From the NCBI RefSeq assembly GCF_001194135.2, contig NC_068986.1, positions 109,583,052 through 109,647,051 of the forward strand: 64,000 nt of DNA, written 5' to 3'. The DNA is from Octopus bimaculoides. Lineage: Eukaryota. Positions 11,601-25,000 of this stretch are shown piece after piece (position 1 is the stretch's first letter; each line of letters begins with the position of its first letter). Both the position numbers and the translations under genes were made by a program. The notes below the pieces were generated by a model, which saw nothing but the letters and a program-made list of their open reading frames with translations, was not told the origin of the DNA and made no database searches.

Positions 11601-14600
11601 AGAGATACAAGTCAAGTAAGAAAGACATCGATGAAAGCTAGAAATACATGTACAGTTGGCACTCTGTCGCTTACGACGTCGAGGGTTCCAGTTGATCCGA
11701 TCAATGGAACAGCCTGCTCATGAAATTAACATGCAAGTGGCTGAGCACTCCACAGACACGTGTACCCTTAACTGCCCTAACCACTGGGCCATTGCGCCTC
11801 CACTGAGATGTACATAGTTTCTGAGGAAAAGACAAGATGGTCACAGGTGGACTGTCTTTGCCCAAAAGTCTGCTTAATTAGGGTTGATTTGGGGCTAAAC
11901 ACAAAACATACACACAAAGAGAAAGAGAAGGGGTTGTCAGTGTATAAGATCTAAAAGTACTTACCATGGATAATTGGTGCAGTAATTACCATAAATAACA
12001 AACTTGTCTTTGTTCTTCACAAAACATTCAGCAACTTTCAGGGGTTCTCCATTACTGTGTTCCAACTCTTCTAGAAATTCTCTGAAAACAAAAGCAACAA
12101 TCAGCATTAAATCCAAAGAGATGAGAAATAATGATAGCAAGAATAACATATCCGAATCTGTTAAACATATATTACAACATCAGTATATAAAACAATTGTG
12201 TGTATGTGTGGTTATATTTCATTGAGTATGTCACAATCTCAACCCAGATCTTGTCATGTCTGTTTATCTAAGGCTCGTGTATAAGGTTAGTTCCAGAGTT
12301 TAAGGATGTGAGAGAACAGACCATCAGACCACACATGAACATAACAGATTATATATTAGATAAATTGCTAAATACATCAATGAATACACACACACACACC
12401 AATATATGTATACATATATATATAAATGTGTGTGCGTGCATGCATTTCCTTTATTTAAATCAGCTCTCAGCCCAGCTGCAGAATTGATAATAAACAAAGA
12501 AAATTCCTACATAATTATGTGTGTATTATTTATGTATACAAATGTATATGTATTTGTGTGTGTGTGTGTGTGTAATTATCTCAGCATGTTTGTGTGTGTT
12601 CCCCATTTTGTAATTCTTTAAATTCCTCCCACAATGAAGAGTCTGGTTTCTGATTGGAGAAAAAGCTGTAGAATTGAAATTTAAATATCACCAATAAAGA
12701 GTTACATGGTGGACATTTAGCAAATATACATTTCACTGTTCTGCTTATAGATCATTGTCGTCATCGTCATCATTGCCACCTCCCTCCTCCTCCTCCACAT
12801 CATCATCATTTAATGACCGTTTTCCATGCTGGTATGGGTAAGATGGCCTAACAGGAGCTAGCAAGGCCAGAGAGCCGCACCAGGCTCTATTGTCTGTTTA
12901 GGCATGGGTTCTTTGGACGGATGCCCTTCCTAATGTCAACCAATTCACAGAGTGTGCTGGGCGATTTTTACACGGCACTGGCTCCAGTGCTTTCTATGTG
13001 GCACCAGCACTGCATACTTACAGAAATATGTATCAGTTGGAGCATAGGTGAATGTCATCATCATGAAATGTTTGTCTTTCGTGTTGGCATCGATTTGACT
13101 GTTCAAGAGGATCCAATGGGCCAAAGAACATAGTTGAGTTCCAATGTCTACTTTGGCATGGTTTCTACAACTGGATATGGTTCCAAGTGCCATCCACTTT
13201 TCAAAGTATACAGAGTGATATTTTGGTTTTTTTCATGATGCTAGCACCAGTAAGGTTATCAATAGACTCACTAAAACCACTTGACTGAACAAGGTTGGAA
13301 GTATGAAGAAAGTGGGTTTGTGCCAGGTGTTGAAATATGAGGTCTGATTAATAAGTAGCTGCATTGTTGCCATAGTAATGAAGCTAAAGCTAAAATGTGA
13401 AGCCACTTGGCAAAGATTGACCTTCGACTCTGCTGTGCATTAAGTTTTAATGATCTAGCTCACTGCTGCTGTTTACAGCAATGCTCAGAAGGAACGTGTG
13501 TAGTGTGTGATCATCGCATTGACTATGACAGAGAAAGTTGTCATGGTGATACCTGCTCAGAAGCCTGTGTAAAGTTGCAGAAAGTGTATGGAGAGGAGTG
13601 TATGAGCTGTGTATGTGTACGAGGCGTGTATGTGTACGAGTGGTTCAGACATTTCCAAGTTGACCGAAGAATTGTTAATAGTGATGAGTGTTCTGGGAGG
13701 CCTGCAACCAGCAGAAGTGAGAAAAACATTGCAGATGTGCATGCAGCTGTGAGGGGAAAATCATTGAATCACCATCCGTGAGTTATCAGAGGATGTGCAG
13801 ATTAGTTATGGTTCAGTTTAGTCCATTATCACTGAAGATTTGGGTATGAGACACATGTCTGCCAAGTTTGTGCCAAAACTGCTTTCAGCTGACCAAAAAA
13901 ACACTCAAGTTTCAGTTGCACAAGATCTCTTCGATTGTGTCGAGAAGGACGAAAACTTTGCGTAGGCCTCTGAGCAGGTATCACCAAGCTTTTGGCAAAA
14001 TTTGATGCAGATTCTCTGCTCAACTTTCTCTGTCATAGTCAATGCGACGATCACACGCTACACACCTTCCTTTCAAGCACTGCTGTAAACAGCAGAAGTG
14101 AGCGAGAATGTTAAAACTCTTCTTCTTCTTCTTCCTCCTCCTCCTTTCTCACAATGACAGCCTTTTCCTTCATTGTCATTCTCTTGTGTGTTTTTCTTCT
14201 TCATTACCACCATCAATTTCATTATATAATATATCATAGTCTTTTTCTTTTTTTTTCTTTATCAAGAACCTCAAAAATAGTTTCTATAAATATATTTAAT
14301 CTTGATAACCTAAAAGAAATTCAATTCTAGATTCCCTGATGTTTCTTTAAATTTATTGGCTTTGATTCCCTCTCACAAGGAAGTTCTTGCATAACCACAT
14401 GAGCCAAAGAAAGGCGAACGACCATTTAGAAACAGCAGCTAAATCTCTGAAATTACACCCAACTGCCTTAGGAAAAGAGGACTACACTGAATAATATTGT
14501 CCTGAGAGTTTTATGGGACATACTCTTTGATCATAAGTTTGCTTGGTCAAGGATGACCTGGGGTTAACCAACAACAACACTGCCCAAAGGATCCCTATTT

Positions 14601-16037
14601 CTCAACAGTTTGACATAATGAACAAGAGACAAAGATGTACTTTTCCACAAATATTTCCATGTAGGAACAAGGTTAACTGATTTATGAAATGAAGTCCAGA
14701 TGGAGTTATGATTCCTGCAAGAACACAAGAATTGGTGGAGAAATATGAGAAATGCTGGTTGTTGTTGTTTAACCCCAACTAAATTCCAGTTCAGTATTCC
14801 ACCCATGGCCAACTTGCCTGTCTTTCTTTTTTTCTTCAGAGCACCAGCTGTCTGGCTTCCGTGCCGGTGGCATGTAAATAGCACCATTTGAGCGTGACCG
14901 TTACCAATGCCGCCTTACTGGCACTTGTTTCAGTGGCACGTGAAAAGAAATTCGAGCGAGTTCATTGCCAGTGCCGCTGGACTGGCTCCCGTGCAGGTGG
15001 CACGTAAAATACACCATTTCGAGCATGGCTGTTGCCAGTACCTCCTGACTGGCCCTCATGCCGGTGGCACGTAAAAGCACCCACTACACTCTCGGAGTGG
15101 TTGGCGTTAGGAAGGGCATCCAGCTGTAGAAACCTTGCTGGATCAGATTGGAGCCTGGTGTAGCCTCCTGGTTTCACCAGTCCTCAGTCAAATCGTCCAA
15201 CCCATGCTAGCATGGAAAGCGGATGTTAAATGATGATGATGATGATGATGATGTATATAAAACTACACTATCAAACATGTCCTTTCTGTTTCAAAGGTGG
15301 TAAACTAATTTGACAGATATTTGGCTGTTACTTCCAACAGGTTGAATGTCAATATAAGAAGCTTCTTATAGGCTTGAAATCCTAGTTATCCAATTTGCGA
15401 TCAGTTGTGATTTCTTAACTTCAGTGCTATTTTTTAGCACCAGGCCACCCAGACCCAGTAAGCCTATGATCAAAAGGTGATCCATCTATGACCACCATCT
15501 ATCGTTATTTTACATTTGCTTTTCTATACTGCATGGGTTAGATGGGTGATGCCATTCTTGTTGCCAAATCATTCTTTGTTACATTTTACTGCATATAGAA
15601 ACAACCACACACAACGGGGAATTAACAAACAACAGAAATATTCACAAAGTACCGGATCAACACCTCGACTATTCAGTGACAGAATTTACAGAGATGCAGC
15701 AGGCGAATAATCAGACATGTGCGTCGTCTAATCCGTTGCTACTGTTTTAAAAGAGATTACTAATAATAACACAATAGATTAAGATAAATAAAAACAACAA
15801 AAATTCAGCCTTGGGCTTTTGTAAAGTATTAAAATGATGAAAAAGAAGCAGAGAGAGAGAGAGAGAGAGAGGTAATCGATACACAAACAAAAAGAGCATT
15901 AGATCACAAATAAACGGCAAATTATAATTGGACAAATTAAATAAGTTGCGTTTTAAATGACAGATCACAAGCTCTATAATACACATTTATTTAATACACA
16001 CACACACAAGTATTAGATACACATATATAAACATGTG

Positions 16038-16072
<35 letters not shown>

Positions 16073-19000
16073 TACATACACACAAAACATGCATTTATGT
16101 GTATACACACACAGTTACACATAAATATATATATGCATCCTGGGTCTATTATTTGTAGTGGCCTACAAACACACACATGCATATATATATATATATATAT
16201 ATATATCATCATCATCATTTAATGTCTGCCTTCCATGCCGGCATGGGTGGAATGGTTTGACAAGAGCTGGCCAAGCAGAAGAGTGCAGCTGACTTCTGTG
16301 ACTGTTTTGGCAGGATTTTTACAGCTGGTTGCCCTTCCTAACACCAACCACTCAGCCGAGTGGACTTAGTGCTTTTTACAAGGCACAAACACAGGTGAGG
16401 TGAGTTTTGGCAAGTCTTTTTACAGCTGGATGCCCTTCCGAATGCCAACCTTTTTACAGTGTGGACTGGGTGCTTTTAAGTGGCACCTGCCCTGACAGAG
16501 TCACCACGTACTTGCAAGACAAAAAAAAACTCTTCTGAGAGGGGACGGGCATTGGATAAGGTGACCTTGTGTCGGATGATGAAAGGTTATAGTGAGACAG
16601 AGAGAAAGAAACAGGTGTCTTGCTGTAAAGGAAGTACAAGGTCACCCAGCTGGAGAGAGAGAGAGATCAGGAATGAAGAGAGAAACAGGTGCACTGCCGC
16701 AAAGTAAATACAGAGTCACCCAACCTGAGGGAAAGGGCACATGGCCTATGGTTAGGGCACTACACGATCGTGGTTTCAATTCTTAGACCAGGTGCTGTGT
16801 TGTGTTGTGTTCTTGGGTAAAACACTTCATCGCACATTGTTCTGTGATCACTTCGACAGCTGACGTATGGCACAGTGTGCACTTGCTCAGGTGACGTCAA
16901 TTTAATGGAGAGTGTGAAATGAAGTACAGTTCATAGCTTTGATCGCTATAAACTAATCATTTGTGCAGGTCTTCCTGCTGAAGCTGAACGCTCGCACGTT
17001 GTCTTTGATGGCAGAGTCCATCATATATACACGCATACAGAAACTACTTGAAAATGAGAATAAAGAAAATATTGAACTTACTGACTAAAAGTGTAAATTT
17101 CTACAATGTTGCCGAATAAAGAGTTGAGTTCATTCTTTGACATATCATCACATTTATCCAAATATTCAAGGTAACCCTGCAAATCAAAGAAGTAAAAGAG
17201 TTAAATTCCAATGATGTCACTGAAACAGGTATTTTAGTGAGATGCAACGGTAACAATTAAAGATGTGTATCAATCACATAGTGGAGGCGCAATGGCCCAG
17301 TAGTTAGAGCAGCGGACTCGCGGTCGAGGATCGTGGTTTCGATTCCCAGACTGGCCGTTGTGTGTGTTTATTGAGCGAAAACACCTAAAGCTCCACGAGG
17401 CTCCAGCAGGGGGTAGTGGTGACCCCTGTTGTACTCTTTCGCCCCAACTTTCTCTCACTCTTCCTGTTTCTTGAGTAACGCTGCNNNNNNNNNNTCTTTC
17501 GCCCCAACTTTCTCTCACTCTTCCTGTTTCTTGAGTAACGCTGCGATGGACTGGCATCCCATCCAGCTGAGGGGAACACATATGCCATAGAAACCGGGCC
17601 CATGAGCCTGGCTAGGCTTTAAAAGGGCGCATAAATAAATAAAATAAGAATCAACCACATAAGAACATTGTGATACAATTTCTTCACTGCAAATGATCCT
17701 GCTCTTTTCGATGTTATCTCAAAAGAAATAAAGTAGAAAAAAACCCCACAACTTTCAAACGGTACCTGGACAAATTCCTCCAGGAAATACCGGAGAAACC
17801 ACCTACACCTGGATACGTCTCAACCAACAATCACTCTCTGCTCGAGTGGTTCATAGTGTCCCGAAATAATCAACTAAAAGACTTTTCCAGGTGGTGCTAT
17901 TGAGTTAGCCATGGCCTGAACTGATAATGGCCGAAACCAATCTAAGTTATCATGTTTTAAAGTGCAGGTTTGGCAATGTGATTAAGAATGACAGGCTTTC
18001 AGACTTAATCCCACTGGGTAAGCAAATTCTATCAGAATTTCTCAAACCTGGTGAATGAAACTGAGGAAATGGAAACTGTGTGGAATCCTGTCAAATGGAC
18101 TGAACCTCTTCTTTGATGGTAAACCTTTCACTTACCTGAGTTTACTATTTTCTTGGAATATTTGTTGATTGTATCTTTTATGTTTAATCTTTGTTTTTAT
18201 TTTTGTTGTTTTATTTTGGTTCTCTGTAGTGTTGAGGAATAATGTATTCCTGATCTCAATAAAAACGCATCAGAGATGAGTGAGCTATAATAAAATCTAA
18301 GTTCCTCTTGGACTGAAACAGTCATATGTAGTGCAACAATTAGCCATAAGCCATCTTATTTAAATTAACAAATAAACATCTAATTAAAAACATGTTGTAT
18401 GTTGACATGGTTGTATTTAGAAACAAGAGACACAGAGTAACACAGATTGTGGTTAACCAAAGTGAAATACATGACAGTAAAAGTAGAGATCTATTTTAAA
18501 AGAATAAAAAGGACATAAGAGAGTTATCTTTCTTTACATTGAACTCTTTTTTTTTTTAGTTAGCATATTTCTTTTGAAACTCAGTTTTTATTTCCATTTT
18601 GAATTTAATGATTTTAGTCAAACAACATTATTAAACTAGTGTTTGGGACATATATTCACATGAAATTATAATGAAAGAGTTTAATTTAGATCACTTTAAA
18701 ACTAGAAGTTTAAGTGCTAGAACCAGCAACAGTCTCACGTAGCTTTGTATCAAAAGGGTTAACGTAGACACAGGTCAATCAGTGATGGGTATCAGTGAAA
18801 ACGCTTTTAGAATTTTTATCTTCCAAAGAGAACATTTTAGTGTACTGTGATAAAAGTTTGCTATCTCCAATCCACAGTTATAAACTACTTTCTTGAAAAT
18901 GGTAAAACACATTGTACAAGAGATTTTTACACACACACACACACGCACAAACCCAATAGTCTTAGGTGGAATGCTTTTCATCACAGATCTGCATCATCAG

Positions 19001-22000
19001 ATCTGACTTGAGAGTAAACAGCAACAACAACTAATTTACAACTAGACTGGATCATGAAGAGATGAATCTGCAAGAGACAGGGTGTATTACTGGTACCCAA
19101 ATATTTAATGACTTAGTCCTAACCAACTCAAGAGTATTTTGCTACTGAGAAGTTTTATAACACTCCACACTACAGAAGGATAATAAATAAAATAAATGCG
19201 CCCTTTTAAAGCCTAGCCAGGCTCATGGGCCCGGTTTCCCGGTTTCAATGGCGCGTGTGTTCCCCAGCTGGACGGGACGCANNNNNNNNNNATGGCGCGT
19301 GTGTTCCCCAGCTGGACGGGACGCAAGTCCATCGCAGCGTTACTCATTTTTGCCAGTTGAGTGGACTGGAGCAACGTGAAATGAAGTGTTTGATCAAGAA
19401 CACTACATGTTGCCCGGTCCAGGAATCGAAACCACAATCTTATGATTATGATGCTGACACCCTAACCACTAAGCCACACGCCTCCACTATACAGAAGGAT
19501 AATAGGAACTTGAAATCTGTCATAAAGGAGGGCGTAGATAATAACTAAACACAAACTATAGAACTGCCAAGACAACAGAGAACAGAAACAATATTTGACA
19601 AAATATAACTTGATTCCAATGTCATTCAACAAACGGCCAACCGACAGAAAAACCAAATTCCATAACTGAATCCGGTTTTCTTGTTTATGCTCAGATCAAC
19701 TCTGAATGAACCAATTTATGATTCAAAGATATTCCTACTTTTACTATCTCAAGTTTGGGAAATCATTAAAGTCTAAATATTTTTACAAAATTCTTCAAAG
19801 TCATCAACACTTTACATAATGTTCAATGTATTCAATTTTTGTATTTCCCCTCATTTTTGTTGATATTCAACTTTGAAAATTTTGTAAACCATCAAAAGCG
19901 GAAGCTTATTTATTATCTTGCTTATATTATTCGGTGTATACTTATACTCTCTCTCTTTCTCTTCTATTTGTTTCAGTCATTTGACTGCAGCCATGCTGGA
20001 GCACCGCCTTTAGTCGAGCAAATCGACCCCAGGACTTATTCTTTGGAAGCCTAGTACTTATTCTATTGGTCTCTTTTTGCCGAACCGCTAAGTTATGGGG
20101 GATGTAAACACACCAGCATCGGTTGTCAAGCGATGTTGAGGGGACAAACACAGACACACAAACATATACACACACATACATACATACATACATACATATA
20201 TACGACGGGCTTCTTTCAGTTTCCGTCTACCAAGGCTTTGGTCGGCCCGAGGCTATAGTAGAAGACACTTGCCCAAGGTGCCACGCAGTGGGACTGAACC
20301 TGGAACCATGGGGTTGGTAAGTAAGCTACTTACCACACAGCCATTCCTATGCCTATATTGAAAAAAAAAACAGGATATGACTGGAGGGAGATTTGGCTGA
20401 TATTTCTAGCAGATAGGAGCTCCTGCATTGTGCTAATGGTGTTAGGTGGTGTGGAAGATGACAACTGACAACAGAAATATTTAAGTTTTGGAGTAGATAC
20501 TTCAGTCTGCACTTCAATAGTTTATTACTTGGCTGTCATAACAGACTGCGGCATTAATCGACGACACCAGCCAATTGTAGAATGGCTGATATCAAATCAT
20601 ACTAATTAACACACACTTGTCACCATAATTATGTAATTATGTTGTACAGAAAACATGAAGACAGTCGCCTTATTTAAACATTTATTTAACAAAGATATTG
20701 TTGTAGTTTTTTTAATGATACGGAAAGGAAAATCACATGCTGAAAGAGAGGGGATAGGGGGGAATAAGAAATGTGAAAGAGGAGGAGGAGGAGAGAAATA
20801 GATAAGAAAACAAAAAAGAGAAAGAAAATGGTGAGAAATGTGATGAAGAAGGTGAGAGAGAGAGAGAGAAATAAGAATAAATGAAAGATACGAACGAGAA
20901 GGAATTTAAATATATTAAAAAAATGGAGAAATATAGGCGCAGGAGTGGCTGTGTGGTAAGTAGCGTGCTTACCAAACCACATGGTTCCAGGTTCAGTCCC
21001 ATTGCAGAGCACCTTGGGCAAGTGTCTTCAACTATAGCCTCGGGTCGACCAAAGCCTTGGTAGACGGAAACTGAAAGAAGCCCATCGTATATATGTATGT
21101 GTGTGTGTTTGTGTGTCTGTGTTTGTCCCCCCACCATTGCTTGACAACCGATGCTGGTGTGTTTACGTCCCTGTAACTTAGTGGTTCGGCAAATAGATAC
21201 CGATAGAATAAGTACTAGGCTTACAAAGAATAAGTCCTGGGGTTGATTTTCTCGACTAAAGGCGGTGCTCCAGCATGGCCGCAGTCAAATGACTGAAACA
21301 AGCAAAAGAGTATTTGAGTGAGGATGAAGTAAAGATCGGGGTGTGGGGTGAGAGGTAAAGTAGAATTAGAACAAAGTGAAAAATTAAATAGTGTTCTATC
21401 GAATACTGATTTCGAATTTTGGCACAAGGCCAGCAATTTCGTGGGAGGGGTTAAGTTGGTTACATCAACCCCCAGCGATCAACTGGTACTTATTTTATTA
21501 ACCCTAAAAGGATGAAAGGTATTGTCAACCTCGGCAGAATTTGGGCTCAGAATATAAAGACAGATGAAATGTCATTAAGAATTTTGTCTGGTGTGTTAAC
21601 GATTCTGCCAGCTCACCACGTTTGTGTTCTGTCTGATATTAATTATCTTAAGGTAGTGGTAAGTTTAATTAATTGTCTTAATTTTGGTAGAATGAGTAAA
21701 GTCTTGCAATATTTACTAAGACCCTTTTATATCTAGAGTTCAAACCCTTGTCAGGGTTGACTTTGAGTTTCATTCTTCTGGGATTTTGAAAATACGTCCC
21801 AATCAAGAAAAACTGGGGTCATGTTGATAGCTTGAAATTTGTCTGTGACTTTGTTAAGTTTGGAAGCATTCTAAAACATTAAATTCCTTGAAATAGTGAA
21901 GATGGACATATACTCCTGTTTTGGGTTCTATTTTTCCTGCTTGCATCACCAAATCTAAGTCTTTGAGTTTAAATTTCATCATGTTTCATTATCAAATTCT

Positions 22001-25000
22001 TTCAACTTGTAATTTTAATTCCTTCTCTTTTCTTGTTTTTCAAATTATTGATGTTTATCTGCTGCATTTGTAGTTCCAGGAAGTCGTTAGGAAAGTTACC
22101 AACCCAATAATAAAAACTGTAATTAAAGTCATTTGTTTCACTTTAAAACATTAATTATTTAAGGAAAACATGTAAATACCAAGTCAGGGTATTCTTTTCT
22201 ACACTAAGCACAAGGCCCGAAATTTTGGGGAGGGGGGGGTCGGTCAGTCGATTAGATCGACCCCAGTGCACAACTGGTCCTTAATTCATCGACCCCGAAA
22301 GGATGAAAGGCAAAGTCAACCTCGGCAGAATTTGAATTCAGAATGTATAGATAGATGAAATACAGCTAAGCTTTTCGCCCGGTGTGCTAACATTCCTTAT
22401 TTCTTTATTGCCCACAAGGGGCTAAACATAGAGGGGACAAACAAGGACAGACAAAGGGATTAAGTCGACTACATCGACCCCACTGCATAACTGGTACTTA
22501 ATTTATAGACCCCTAAAGGCTGAAAGGCAAAGTCGACCTTGGCGAAATTTGAACTCAGAACAAAGCAGCAGAGGAAATACCGCTAAGCATTTTGCCCGAC
22601 GTGCTAATGTTTCTGCCAGCATGCTGCCTTCAAGTTAGGGTAAATATTAAAAGAAAAAATAGTCAAAAGGAATATAAAAATCTGTGATTAAATCATTAGA
22701 ATTTCAAGAAAAAACATTTCAGTTTTACAGGTTTCTCTGGTAAATAATTAAAAGTAGGTTATTGTAAGGAAAGCCTCATAGTTTTTTAAGGTTGTATTTA
22801 GATTTAGCAGCAAATTCTTCAATTAACCAACATGTAAACAGTGAAATAAAAATTGGCTTAAAGAGAGGAAGTGTATGGTTTATGAGTTGTGGAGTAGTTT
22901 AACGCAGCCAGTGTATGTGGTGGATTGATGTGTGTGTGTGTGTGTGTGTTTATGTATGTTGATGTGTATACAGTGGAGAAGGGTTGAGTTAAAAAAGCCT
23001 GTTGACCTCTGACCACTGCTTAGGGTGGAACAGGAAGCAGATACTAAAAGACCAACTTTGGTGACATGACATAATAAAAGGGAATGTTTATAGTTCAAAG
23101 GAAAATGCCTAAATGGAGCAGTGAGAAGAGAGCATGGGGCGGGGTGGGTGGTTAGGCAGGAGGCTATGTAAGACGGGGAGGGGCTGATAACTGAATGATT
23201 TAAATGAGACCAAATAAAAGTAAAAACTGGTTTAGTGGCAAGATGGACGGATGTTTTCTTTCCGGTTTTTGTACTTTTGTCTCTCAGCAAATGATGACCA
23301 TTCAGTTTTTGTTTCTTTCTCTTTTTCTAAATCTTAAACAACCTCCATGTTAAATAGATTAGTGAGTGCTTGATGTAATTCATCTATCATACTGCAAATC
23401 TTATGATATGTAGGGAATCAGACCCCACCCACAGTCCTTGTTGTTCCAGGTATATCATGACAGCAACAAGCTGAGGACCATACTGTATACACTTTGACAT
23501 ACAGTGAGGAATTGTATGGGCTGCAGCTTAGATGTGGTGTACTCTCTCCACTTGCAGAATGAGGGAAATGAATGACACTGCTTGTATAACAGTGACACTC
23601 GTTTACAACTATCACATGATGTCAAGACAAGGAAACCTGAACATACACAAACACATACAAATATACATGCATACATACACAACAAGCTTCTTTCAGTTTC
23701 TGTATACCAAATCCACTCTCAAAGATTTGGTCAACCAAGGGCTATAGAAGACACCCAAGGTGCTACAATGCAGGACTAAACCTGAAACCATGTAATCAGG
23801 AAGTGAACTTCTTAACCACACAATCACATCCACATCTCTTAGGATCTGTATGCTTCTAGAAAGAGTTTTCTTTACTATATTTCATACATGAGAAGTCACC
23901 TTATGAGTATATAACCTGTAAAACATTACCCTGAGGTACTTTCCCTTCTGCCCTCTAGTTAATTGCCGTAGATTTATTACAGACATAATGCATATATACA
24001 TACATATACAGGGTGGGCCAAAAGTAGTGTTCCAACTTGAGTTTTTGAAAAGAATATATGATATGTAATGAAAATGAAAAAATTGTCAAAATGAGGAGGT
24101 GCTCCATCTTGTACAATGGTATCGAAAATACGGCCAGATGATGTTTTCACACAACACCAGGTAACGATCACCATTCGTCGTCTCTTGTTGCACATGGAGT
24201 GCACAAATTCCTGAAGACAATATTGCCGCCCAAATGACAAGAGAAGATGAATTGACATGCTTTTCCCAAACTACTTCAGGGTCATCTTCTGAATAACAGA
24301 AGCAGTTATGGTGGTTGGTTTAACTGGAAACATGGAAGGTCACTTTATCAGAAAAAATGAGTCGATCAAAAAATCTGGAAACTCTGGCTTCTGCCAGCGT
24401 TCTCTCACAGAATTCAACACGTTAAATAATCAATGACAGAAATAATAACAGCATGCTTCAAGAAACTACAGAACTAATAGACACATAAAGTTGGGGCACT
24501 AATTTTGACCCCACCCTGTAGACATATTGTACTTAGATAAACATATATATCATTGTTTTAATATCTACTTTTCCATGCTTGAATGAGTTTGATCAGAGTC
24601 ATTGGGACCAAATTTTCTATAGCTGGATGCCCTTCTTGTAACCATCCCTCACCTGTTTCTAAGCAAGGTATATGTTTCCATGCATGGTGTAACTGATTTA
24701 TTTACCATTATCACTATGCTATATACGACTGGCCACAGAAAAGAATGGTTAAACTATATTTGGTACAATATATTTAGAGGTTTGACTGTGTCGTCAATTG
24801 AGACCACAACAGGCATCAACAGGACCAGTGATAAAATAAGATGCTTATACTGGAACTGGATTGGACACATCCTCAGACAAGATCAAGAAAGTGATTGTAT
24901 CATCATCATCATCATCATCGTTTAACGTCCGCTTTCCATGCTAGCATGGGTTGGACGATTTGACTGAGGACTGGTGAACCAGATGGCTACACCAGGCTCC

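Noticed and set aside
17440-17545. Apparent ~50-bp direct duplications around 10-N gaps (also at 19250-19325 and 33090-33200)
   Set aside because: Identical sequence on both sides of a fixed-length gap is typical of unmerged contig overlaps, not real tandem repeats.
22880-23300. GC-box (ggggcgggg) and ETS-like (ccggaa, cttcctg) motifs in the 16-kb intron, and the 136-aa ORF there
   Set aside because: Short motifs occur by chance, there is no convincing donor, and the ORF lacks coding character.
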